Below are positions 29,262 to 37,659 of a stretch of DNA of 64,000 bases, piece by piece. Within the stretch, counting starts at the first letter, position 1. Each line of letters starts with the position of its first letter. Source of the DNA: Deferribacterales bacterium. Lineage in GTDB: Bacteria; Chrysiogenota; Deferribacteres; Deferribacterales; Geovibrionaceae. The notes below the pieces were generated by a model. It was not told the origin of the DNA. It searched no databases and saw only the letters and a list, made by a program, of their open reading frames with translations. The stretch covers positions 32,001-96,000 of the forward strand of contig JBFWLW010000006.1 in NCBI GenBank assembly GCA_050251945.1. Direction: 5' to 3'. A program made the position numbers and the translations under genes.

Positions 29262-30779
29262 TTATTCGTAAAGGATTCTTGCTTCAAGCTCTATAGGGAT
29301 ACCGAAAGTATCGGTGAATATTTTGCTTTTTTCGCTGAAAGCATGTTTTTCAAGGAATGCCATGCATTTACATTTCGCCTTTATAACAACTTTTCCGGTC
29401 TGTATGTCCACATCAAAATCCTGAACTATGTCCATGTGTGACGCATCCAGTGAATCGGCTATCCTCAGTATGCTTACCAGTTTCTTTATAATGAGCTGTT
29501 TCTCAACGGGAAAATAGTGATATTTCTGCTCAAACCACTTGTCCACGTCGCCGTTGTGCATCAGCACAAGGTACGAAACAAGCTTGACATGCTCTCGCGG
29601 AAGTCCCGGAATCTGCAGAGACTGTACAAGATAGTAAGAGTGCTGATTATGTTTCACCGAGTCGATGTAATAGCCCACATCGGAAAGAACCGCCGCCGCT
29701 TCAAGGATGAATTTCTCCATCCTGCCCAGAGAGTGCAGAGGTTTTAAGGCATCAAACAGCTTCATGGAGAACCTGACGGTGGTGTCGGCGTGCTGTCTGT
29801 CCATGTTGAACCGCTCGCCAAGCGCATATACGGTGTTGCGTACGCGGGTGAAAAATCCGCGGTCGCGAACCGTCTTCGTGTGGAAAAGACTCAGCATGTG
29901 AGGGAACGGCATCCTTGAAAACCGCACATGGTTAGTACCTATAAAATCCATCAGTTTCAGATATGTCACCAGTGTCGGAACAAGAACGCTCGCCTCGTCC
30001 TTCCTTATGTTCATAACGGTCTGTATCGTATCTCTGGGGAGCTGTTTAACGCGGTCGTAAAGCTCTTCCAGCTGCTTTCTGGAAAGCATGTTTTTTTTCG
30101 GCTGAAAGATGTTCAGAAGAACGTTCAGCGACGAACCTGCACTGACAAAATATTTAAGTTTGCATCCCGCAGGGAGTGCGCTTTTCATGGAATAGCACAT
30201 CTTTTCGACGTACTGTTCGTATGCCTTATACCTTATGCGGGCAGGGATATCACCGAAGATACGGCGAAGTCTCAGCGACCCGTACGGAAGCGCGCCGGAA
30301 TAGATATTCTGTTCGTCCTTAAGGATTGCCATGGCTATGTTTCCGCTGGATATGTTTGCCAGCAGAACACCCTCTTTCTCATAGTCGTCAAAGCCGTCTA
30401 TGTCGTTTTTGACACTCACAAATTTTATGTATATCTCGTCTGAGGGCTGGATGACCTCAAGCTCAATGCCTGTCTCCTGACGGATATGGTTGATGAAGAA
30501 CGCCTGATTGCCCGCCTCCCGCACACCGCTGGTGCAGACTGCCGCATAGTTCTTCTTTATGCCGTATTCATCCATCTTGGTCTTAAATTTTTTCAGTATG
30601 TCGGTGGAGGCGTACACGCTTTCAAGCGAGATATACCCCTTGGTAAAGGTGTCCCTGCCCAGCCTGAAAGGCTTTATCAGGTATTCGAGGGTACGCTCCT
30701 CTCCGTTAACGTATTCGCTTATGTGCATTCTGAAGGCGCTGGCGCCTATGTTTATGGCAGCAAAGATTCCGTTCTTCAT
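29262..30779 (-). CDS. Ppx/GppA family protein with degenerate catalytic motifs + HD-like C-terminal domain
   Basis: NIGASAFR, TSGVREA, NISSGNIA (instead of DIGGGSTE), LRIADSLDASH. Confidence 0.85.
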   Translation of the reverse strand: MKNGIFAAINIGASAFRMHISEYVNGEERTLEYLIKPFRLGRDTFTKGYISLESVYASTDILKKFKTKMDEYGIKKNYAAVCTSGVREAGNQAFFINHIRQETGIELEVIQPSDEIYIKFVSVKNDIDGFDDYEKEGVLLANISSGNIAMAILKDEQNIYSGALPYGSLRLRRIFGDIPARIRYKAYEQYVEKMCYSMKSALPAGCKLKYFVSAGSSLNVLLNIFQPKKNMLSRKQLEELYDRVKQLPRDTIQTVMNIRKDEASVLVPTLVTYLKLMDFIGTNHVRFSRMPFPHMLSLFHTKTVRDRGFFTRVRNTVYALGERFNMDRQHADTTVRFSMKLFDALKPLHSLGRMEKFILEAAAVLSDVGYYIDSVKHNQHSYYLVQSLQIPGLPREHVKLVSYLVLMHNGDVDKWFEQKYHYFPVEKQLIIKKLVSILRIADSLDASHMDIVQDFDVDIQTGKVVIKAKCKCMAFLEKHAFSEKSKIFTDTFGIPIELEARILYE

Positions 30780-32305
30780 ACCAGCCTTACGGGGAGTTTT
30801 AAAAGCTTAACAAGCATGTCCCGATTTCTTTCAAAGTCTTTTATCTCAAGGGTAATGTCCTTGTCGGATATGGGCTTGATGTCTATGGAAACATTTGTAA
30901 CAGTGATCTCAAGTCTGTCTATCAGTCCCTTGTGGGTTCTGTCCAGAGCGATGGCAAGCCTTAAAAGAGCCGCCAGTTTTTCAACGCGAAGCTGCATCGC
31001 CGGCAAAAGCGAGATGAACTCATCGTGTGCCGTCTTCGGCATACTTTTTCTGTGATATCTGGCTATGCTGGCTATCGCCTCGATCTCCTCATGGGTATAC
31101 CCCACAAGCTCGGAATGTTTTATCATATAATAAGAGTGCCTGTGATGTTTTGAATAGGCGATATGTTTACCTATGTCGCGCAGTAATGCCGCCGCTTCAA
31201 GAAGCGACCAGTCGCGTTCTATAAGCCCCATACGGTCTTTCAGCCCGTCAAAGAGCATTTTCGCCAGTTTCTCAACCTGAAAAGCGCCCGCTTCGTCAAA
31301 ATCGAACTTATTGCCTATCTCCACCAGTCTTGAATAGCGTACGCTGTCCATGCTGTTCTGGAACGGCAGTTCGATGCCCATTTTGTTTATGGTGTCTATG
31401 GTAAGCCCTGCACGCAGTCCGCCAGTCAGGGTGTAAAATCCGTCTATTCCGGTCTCTTCCAGTATCATATCCGTCTGAATCGCCGCGGAAAGTATGATAT
31501 CCGCACGTTTCTCTTCCATCCCCTCTATCTTTATGCGCTCTTCGTTGCTCTTCATCCTGATGTCGCTGATGAATTTTTTCAGAAACTTCCGCTCAACGTA
31601 TTTAACAAGGCTGTCGCGGAGGTTCTTGTCCTTATAGTGGCAGATGTAACCCACGTTGTTCATGGAGCCGCCGGTGCATATCACCATTTCAAGCCCCCTG
31701 CCCAGCTTCATCCTGTCGATAAATTCCGCGATATGCTCTTTCATGGCAAGTACCTGCGCGGACGTAGGAGGGTCCCCTTCCAGAAATTCGCGGGTGAGCC
31801 TGTTGCAGCCAAGAGGAAGGCTTTTTGCTTTTTCAACCTCGCCGTCTCTGACAACGGTATATTCGGCACTTCCGCCGCCTATGTCTGTTATCAGCGCGTA
31901 GCGGTCTTTCAGCTCAAAATTTGCGCTCGCCGCCAGATATGTCAGCCGCGCTTCCTCCTGTCCGCTGATGACCTCAACTTTTATTCCGCATTCCTGCTCT
32001 ATAATATTAAGTGTCTCGCCCAGATTGTCCGCTTCGCGGAACGCCGCAGTGGCAATGGCGCGTATCGTTTTGCACCCTTTGCTCTCGGCAAGACGCCTGA
32101 CATTATTAAGTGTGTTTACAAGTATCTCTATAGTCTCTTTGGGAAAATAGCCGAGGGTATATATGGTGTCGCCAAGACGTATCATCTCTTTGTAATCTTC
32201 AAGGACGCGGTAGCTTTTGTCCTTGACCTCGGAAATCTGCAGGCGGAGTGAATTGCTGCCTATGTCGGCAACCGCCACCCGAACGTTATCGTTTGATAAT
32301 GCCAT
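30776..32305 (-). CDS. ppx: Exopolyphosphatase Ppx/GppA
   Basis: DIGSNS, ATAAFREA.N, SGQEEA, DIGGGSAE. Confidence 0.9.
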   Translation of the reverse strand: MALSNDNVRVAVADIGSNSLRLQISEVKDKSYRVLEDYKEMIRLGDTIYTLGYFPKETIEILVNTLNNVRRLAESKGCKTIRAIATAAFREADNLGETLNIIEQECGIKVEVISGQEEARLTYLAASANFELKDRYALITDIGGGSAEYTVVRDGEVEKAKSLPLGCNRLTREFLEGDPPTSAQVLAMKEHIAEFIDRMKLGRGLEMVICTGGSMNNVGYICHYKDKNLRDSLVKYVERKFLKKFISDIRMKSNEERIKIEGMEEKRADIILSAAIQTDMILEETGIDGFYTLTGGLRAGLTIDTINKMGIELPFQNSMDSVRYSRLVEIGNKFDFDEAGAFQVEKLAKMLFDGLKDRMGLIERDWSLLEAAALLRDIGKHIAYSKHHRHSYYMIKHSELVGYTHEEIEAIASIARYHRKSMPKTAHDEFISLLPAMQLRVEKLAALLRLAIALDRTHKGLIDRLEITVTNVSIDIKPISDKDITLEIKDFERNRDMLVKLLKLPVRLV

Positions 32306-32319
32306 CAGTGCTCCTAAAT

Positions 32320-32400
32320 GAGACTGCTTAGGGCACATGCCCTAGCAGAGACTAATATGAGGTTTCGTTTTCGCGAGGGCTTTATGCCCGGAGCGATCTC
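32320..32400. repeat. REP-like inverted doublet, family A (diverged)
   Basis: GAGACTGCTTAG..CTAGCAGAGAC...GTTTTCGCGAG..CGGAGCGATCTC. Confidence 0.8.
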
Positions 32401-32419
32401 ACATTTTATTACAAGTATA

Positions 32420-33766
32420 TCAAATTCCGAGGGATTTTTTAACCCGTTTCCTGCCTTTGCGGAATATTCTGATAAGCTCCACCGCCGTTTCCCTTTCCTG
32501 CGCCTTTTTCAGCGTAAGCACTGCGAGGATATATCCGCAGGCTGTCAGCACCTTTGCGTCTTTTTCCTCATTCAGCCGTCCCTGCATGTGTGCGCACTGT
32601 ACAGAAAGGTCGTTGTATCTGCCCAGACTGTCCTGCAAAGCCCTCAGGCGCGTAAGAACGTCCGCAGTTTTCTCCTCTTTAATAAAGAGAGCGAAAAACT
32701 CTATGCAGTAACGCAGCTTTTTGAAAGCGATCCTCACCGAGTGTATCTGCTCGTCCGGTGTGTCGGCACCTACCCCGTCGGTGATGCTCTCCGCCAGACC
32801 GAATATCTTGGCAAGCGCTTTGTTTGCCGCTTTTTTCGTATTCACAAATCCTTTGCGCCCTATATGAGCGCGGGAGGATATCAGCTTTTCCCAGCCAGCA
32901 AGGTCTATGTTATACTCTTCGGATGTCAGGAAATTTTTCAGTTTTTCATAGCTTTCGTCACGTTCGCCTTTGAAATGTTCCCGCAGAGGCGCAAGCGCAT
33001 CCTTCATCTCGTCAGGAAGCAGTTCGTCATAACATTCAAGCTCTTCAAGATATACGTCCATATCTCTTGCCTTGCCGGTGTAGCCGCCGAGAGTGCGGAA
33101 AAAATTCTTATAGCGCGCTTCCTCCGCATCTTCGTAAACACCTTTCAGCATAGACATTGCAGACCTTGTTCTACGCACCGAAACACGGAAATCGTGCAGG
33201 AACTCCGCATCGTAACCGTTTATTATGCCGTCGGTGTTCAGCCTCATTATCTTTATCAGCTCCCCGTACACCGTTTCCATGGAATCGTGGAGCACAGCGG
33301 AGTCGTCCGCACGGCACTGAACACGCGTGGTGTAGCGCATCATGGGGTCGCCTTTGCGTTTCACATATGCCAAAAGCCCGCCGCCGAAACTTTTCAGTTC
33401 ATCCATGCAGTAGTGGAATGTAAATTCATCCTGCATCTCCGGTGTGTAAATAATGTATCCGTCGGGAAGCGTATAGAGGATGCCTTTGATTTCGTTTGCC
33501 GTGAATGAATGTACGATGATGCCGACAGACATCTTTTCAAAAAGGTGGCGTTTTTCCGATCGCACAGAACAGTCGCCGTTTTTAACATCAGCACTGCCGT
33601 TAAAGAACGCGGTATCTTTCCCGTCGCTGAAAAGCAGGCATCCGGCGCGGACGAGCAGCCACTCAAACGTGTCGTATATACTTATCGCAAGGTCTTTATT
33701 TTTTCTGTATCTGAGCCTGAACTTCCTGTCTGATAAAGGTTTAACGTCCGAAATATAATATGGCAT
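32420..33766 (-). CDS. CHAD domain protein (polyphosphate-binding)
   Basis: EFLHDFRVSVRRTRS, RDMDV, HSVRIAFKKLRY, LQDSLG..ND. Confidence 0.92.
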   Translation of the reverse strand: MPYYISDVKPLSDRKFRLRYRKNKDLAISIYDTFEWLLVRAGCLLFSDGKDTAFFNGSADVKNGDCSVRSEKRHLFEKMSVGIIVHSFTANEIKGILYTLPDGYIIYTPEMQDEFTFHYCMDELKSFGGGLLAYVKRKGDPMMRYTTRVQCRADDSAVLHDSMETVYGELIKIMRLNTDGIINGYDAEFLHDFRVSVRRTRSAMSMLKGVYEDAEEARYKNFFRTLGGYTGKARDMDVYLEELECYDELLPDEMKDALAPLREHFKGERDESYEKLKNFLTSEEYNIDLAGWEKLISSRAHIGRKGFVNTKKAANKALAKIFGLAESITDGVGADTPDEQIHSVRIAFKKLRYCIEFFALFIKEEKTADVLTRLRALQDSLGRYNDLSVQCAHMQGRLNEEKDAKVLTACGYILAVLTLKKAQERETAVELIRIFRKGRKRVKKSLGI

Positions 33767-33768
33767 GA

Positions 33769-34224
33769 TTAAAGCAGAGCCTTCTGCTGTATAAGGTTCA
33801 CAAGGACGCTGTCGTCTATATGAGCTATGGAGCCTTTTTTAAGCTGAAGCCGCAATGCCTTTCCGCCCGTGATGAACGATATGACTTCCGAAAGATCCGG
33901 TTCGTGACCGACAACCGCCAGAGGCGATGCGTGACGCCAGTCGGAGATCGTCTCCAGATAATCCTTTATCTTTGCCCCGGGATTCAGCCGCTCTCTGATG
34001 TCATATTTGACGCCGCATATTTCTGATATTATGGATGCCGTTTCAACTGAGCGCACAGCGGCGGATGTCAGAACTGCCGCGGGTTTATCATATAAGTTAA
34101 AGAAACGGGTAAAGGCGCGTTTTGCCCTGACCTTTCCTTTTTCCGTCAGCGGACGGTCGAGGTCTCTGCCCTTGAACACCTCTCTGTCCTCTGCGTGACT
34201 GTGGCGAATCAGATAAACTATCAT
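33769..34224 (-). CDS. sixA: SixA-like histidine phosphatase
   Basis: LIRHS, DRPLT..G, TSAAVRS.ETA, VGHEP, KKG. Confidence 0.88.
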   Translation of the reverse strand: MIVYLIRHSHAEDREVFKGRDLDRPLTEKGKVRAKRAFTRFFNLYDKPAAVLTSAAVRSVETASIISEICGVKYDIRERLNPGAKIKDYLETISDWRHASPLAVVGHEPDLSEVISFITGGKALRLQLKKGSIAHIDDSVLVNLIQQKALL

Positions 34225-34321
34225 AGCTGTCCCCGCATTATGTTAATAATACAAGGATACCAGAGGGGACACCGTTATACAAGGACTGGGGTGTGTATTA
34301 ATGTCAGAAAAGTGTAAAAGA

Positions 34322-34549
34322 TTAAGACTGACAGGAGAGTCCGTAGCGGACATAGCTGCGCAGAGCGATAAGGGCAAGATCGGCGAATTTCCCGTCGCCG
34401 CTGTTAAGGGTTATCTGTTCCATGCTGTTAACGGTGAATTCGGCAACCACAGAGCCTTCGGCGTCTTTAACACTGCCTTTGCCGCCTGTTATGCGGACCT
34501 TCCAGCCCGCAAACTCTATATCGCCTGTTTCAAAACTTGAAATTTCCAT
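34322..34549 (-). CDS. Hypothetical protein (75 aa)
   Basis: GGAG RBS, fills gap between satP terminator and sixA, natural composition. Confidence 0.6.
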   Translation of the reverse strand: MEISSFETGDIEFAGWKVRITGGKGSVKDAEGSVVAEFTVNSMEQITLNSGDGKFADLALIALRSYVRYGLSCQS

Positions 34550-34564
34550 CCGTCAGCTCCGCGC

Positions 34565-34597
34565 AAAAAACGAAAACGGCGGTCGATGAAGACCGCC
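34565..34597 (-). terminator. Intrinsic terminator after satP
   Basis: GGCGGTC/GACCGCC stem followed by U-rich tract on minus strand. Confidence 0.65.
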
Positions 34598-34631
34598 ATT
34601 ACCGTTTTGCTTTAACACCTTTGCAAAATTC

Positions 34632-35246
34632 TTACCCGATGGGCAGAACTGTTTTTTTGTAAACTTCGTTGAGAACCTGAGCCGCACCTGCATACATAGC
34701 AGAGAGACCGCAGAGAACGCCTTCAAATCCGGCGAATTTTTTGATGGATGCGCTTTCAAACATATCGCCTATGGCAAGAAGCATGAACAGTATCACAAGC
34801 AGGAAGAAAACAACCTGAAGAGCTTTGTTCAGCTTGAAAGTACCTATGAAAAGAATGAGAGAGAAGAAGCCCCACAGAAACAGATAAGCAGACATTGCCA
34901 CTGTGTCGGGTTTCTCAAATCCCATTTTAGGAAGGACTATTATACCAACGAGGGTAAGCCAGAAAAGTCCGTATGATGTAAAGGCTAATGTGCCGAATGT
35001 ATTTTTCTTTTTCCACTCCATCATGCCCACGATGATCTGTCCGAGACCGCCGTAGAAGATACCCATTGCAAGGATTCCGCTATCCATCGCAAAAAGACCG
35101 ATATTGTGCAGGTTAAGAAGAATGGTTGTCAGACCGAAACCCATAAGCCCGAGAGGAGCAGGATTTGCGGTTGTGTCTGCGAGAACTGTTTCCGCAATCT
35201 GTCCGATAGCCGCGTCTGTATTCACAGCTTCAACTTTGTTGCTCAT
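34632..35246 (-). CDS. satP: Acetate/succinate uptake channel SatP (GPR1/FUN34/YaaH)
   Basis: ANPAPLGLMGFG signature, YGGLGQ, NTFGTLAFTSYGLFW. Confidence 0.95.
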   Translation of the reverse strand: MSNKVEAVNTDAAIGQIAETVLADTTANPAPLGLMGFGLTTILLNLHNIGLFAMDSGILAMGIFYGGLGQIIVGMMEWKKKNTFGTLAFTSYGLFWLTLVGIIVLPKMGFEKPDTVAMSAYLFLWGFFSLILFIGTFKLNKALQVVFFLLVILFMLLAIGDMFESASIKKFAGFEGVLCGLSAMYAGAAQVLNEVYKKTVLPIG

Positions 35247-36170
35247 ATTCTACCTCCAAAGTGATAATGACTAATCATCAATAAACTTGCGTATTTTCCA
35301 GTTTATCAACCTTTGCTGATTTCTATATACAAACGGTTTTATGACAATGCAATAACTATTTATTCCGAGTGAACAAGGTTAATTAATGCTATATAGTTTA
35401 AGAACATAGTTCTATATTTACAGCATACGCTCTATTAATATTTAAATAAGGCTTTTACTGTATTGTTCAGCATACATTCATCTTTTTATGCACCGGAAAT
35501 GTCCCATTAAAATTACATTATGTTCTATTTTAATTTTTTTATGTCGGATGAAAAATTTTTGCTTACCGCTGACAAATTTTGTCATATGCAACCCTTATTC
35601 TGCGTATTTTACGCCTATAATGAATCTGTAAACACTAATGGTTAATCGAATCACCTTTAAAAGCCATTTGACAGGTTTTCTGTACAGCAGCGCAATAAAG
35701 TTGAGAGAATATATAGAGAATAGAACTATTAATAAAAAAATACAAAACTTTGTTTCTTTTACATTAATTTTGACAAAGCACGAGGCTGTTCTTATTCACA
35801 GTAAATGCTATATTTACAGCTATTATTGACCTACTTTAATGTTTATAACAGATTACTATTTATAACCATAGAAAAACAACAAAAGGTAAGCGGCCTTATT
35901 TTCCATGCTGATAATACACCAAAATGTTTACCAGTTATTACCGCCGTCAGAACGTATGGCAGTAATGATTAGTCAAAATACATGTTAATGATCGTATTAA
36001 CACAGATAAAACAAATTCAGGCATTTATTAAATCAGACTACTATCAGTCTCTTACATGCTTCCAACAGGGATTTTAAATTTAATATTTTTTTTGAAATTA
36101 AATTATCCTGCCATTCCAACCATTTCCGAATTTAAACAAATAAAGATTAGTTTGCGAAACATTATTTATG

Positions 36171-36199
36171 TTGACACCAAAATTAATTTACGAAATAAT
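36171..36199 (+). promoter_or_regulatory. sigma70-type promoter of the Phe-leader transcript
   Basis: TTGACA-17 nt-AATAAT; predicted +1 near 36206. Confidence 0.7.
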
Positions 36200-36205
36200 C
36201 TATCC

Positions 36206-36280
36206 ATGAATATGAACAGAACTTTCGCTGAAACCTCTTTTTTCTTTTTTGGTTTCTTTTGGTGCTCAGCCTTTGAGTAG
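36206..36280 (+). CDS. Phe-rich attenuation leader peptide (24 aa)
   Basis: MNMNRTFAETSFFFFGFFWCSAFE*: 8 Phe, 1 Trp; followed by antiterminator/terminator. Confidence 0.82.
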   Translation: MNMNRTFAETSFFFFGFFWCSAFE

Positions 36281-36345
36281 ACCGTGGAGTTCTGCACGAT
36301 AAGCTTGCAAAGGGCTGTGAGAACGAACTCACAGCCCTTTTTTTT
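36265..36345 (+). terminator. Attenuator: antiterminator (36265-36275 with 36308-36321) vs intrinsic terminator (36309-36345)
   Basis: AAAGGGCTGTGAG-AACGAA-CTCACAGCCCTTT(TTTTT), T8 run at 36338-36345; CTCAGCCTTTG complementary to the 5' arm. Confidence 0.85.
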
Positions 36346-36388
36346 GGCTTTAAATCAGTTCGGAAACATATATCGGAGGTATTTTAAG

Positions 36389-37501
36389 ATGAAGAAAACG
36401 GTAATTACGGTTCTTATGCTTCTTGTCTCGGTATGCGCCTACGCCGAGATAAAAATCGGTGCTCTTCTGGCGCTCTCAGGTCCTATCTCAAACCTTGGAA
36501 AGCCCGGTCAGGAGATCATCGACGGTGTCATCGCCGAGGCAAACAAAACGAAAATGCTGGGTGATAAGATAACTGTGGTAACATACGACACCCAGTCGCT
36601 CCCTGACAGGGCGCAGACATATGCAAAGAAGCTGATCGCCAAGGACAGGGTTGACGTTATAGTCGGTCCCAACGGAACCGGCGAGGCGCTCTCTGTTTTA
36701 GGCGAAGCGATGTCCTCCAAAACGCCGATGATGGCATTCGCCGGAGGAACATCAGTTGTAATGCCTGTCCGCCCCTACGTTTTCAAATCCCCCCAGACAA
36801 CCTCAACAGCAATCGAAAAAGCTTTCAACTATCTCAAGAAAAAAGGAATAACAAAAATTGCCGTCGCCGCTGACGCAACGGGTTTCGGTCAGGACGGTCT
36901 CGACCAGATAAACAAGTATTCCAAAGGTTTTACTATTACAGGCATTGAAAAGTTCAACGCAACCGACAACGACGTGACAACGCAGATGTCAAAACTGCTT
37001 GCCGCAAAACCGCAGGCGGTTGTGATATGGACAGTGGGCAGAGCAGGCGCGATAGCCGCAAAAAGCCTGCGCGCGCTTGATCCCAACATACTTATGGTTC
37101 AATCCCACGGCATAGCCGACAACTCTTACCTGAAACTTGCGGGAGCCGCCGCAGAAAACACCGTCATGCCCTCTGTTAAACTGACAGTGGCATCAAGCCT
37201 CCCCGCAAACGACCCCCAGAAAAAAACAATCGACGCATTCATCAAAAAGTACGGTAAACTCATAGACGAAACTTCCGTCCACGCGAGCTATGCTTACGAC
37301 GGTATCAACCTTGTCCTCGCCGCTCTGAAAAAAGCTAAGGCAGAGAAGATACCTCTTCAGCAGGCGATGGAGAAGATAACCAATTTCGTCGGTGTAACAG
37401 GCGTTTACAACATGAGCAAAACAGACCACTGCGGTCTTGACCTCTCTTCAATGGTCATCGTTAAGGTGAAAGACGGCAAATTCGTTCTGGAAGAGATGTG
37501 A
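36389..37501 (+). CDS. ABC substrate-binding protein, LivK/PBP1 class, aromatic-acid-binding (CouP/RPA1789-like)
   Basis: KIGALLALSGP, YDTQS, DVIVGP, GVYNMSKTDHCGLD; signal peptide; GGAGGT RBS. Confidence 0.82.
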   Translation: MKKTVITVLMLLVSVCAYAEIKIGALLALSGPISNLGKPGQEIIDGVIAEANKTKMLGDKITVVTYDTQSLPDRAQTYAKKLIAKDRVDVIVGPNGTGEALSVLGEAMSSKTPMMAFAGGTSVVMPVRPYVFKSPQTTSTAIEKAFNYLKKKGITKIAVAADATGFGQDGLDQINKYSKGFTITGIEKFNATDNDVTTQMSKLLAAKPQAVVIWTVGRAGAIAAKSLRALDPNILMVQSHGIADNSYLKLAGAAAENTVMPSVKLTVASSLPANDPQKKTIDAFIKKYGKLIDETSVHASYAYDGINLVLAALKKAKAEKIPLQQAMEKITNFVGVTGVYNMSKTDHCGLDLSSMVIVKVKDGKFVLEEM

Positions 37502-37549
37502 TTTAACTGGAATAACATGACTTAACATATTATAAAAGGTTACGGATAT

Positions 37550-37625
37550 GAGACTGCTTCGTCCTTTCAGTCCTCGCAGAGACAAACACCAGTCTTCGCG
37601 AGGAGCACCAGCGACGCGGCGATCT
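37550..37625. repeat. REP-like inverted doublet, family A
   Basis: GAGACTGCTTCG..CTCGCAGAGAC-GTCTTCGCGAG..CGCGGCGATCT. Confidence 0.85.
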
Positions 37626-37659
37626 AAATTCTGCCGTAACCTTTATTCCGGAGGAACAT

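Noticed and set aside
32318..33508. 396-aa + strand ORF
   Set aside because: Antisense shadow of the CHAD gene, starting at a repeat
35298..35312. Partial MITE end CCAGTTTATCAAC
   Set aside because: Short match with no partner TIR or target duplication
35638..35829. 63-aa ORF in the AT-rich intergenic region
   Set aside because: No RBS or motif; composition typical of a chance ORF
36056..36205. N-terminal part of the 74-aa ORF 36056-36280
   Set aside because: Lies upstream of and across the predicted promoter; only 36206-36280 is likely translated
36200..36345. T-box or metabolite riboswitch upstream of the SBPs
   Set aside because: No T-box UGGnACC antiterminator bulge or recognisable aptamer; the leader-peptide model fits better
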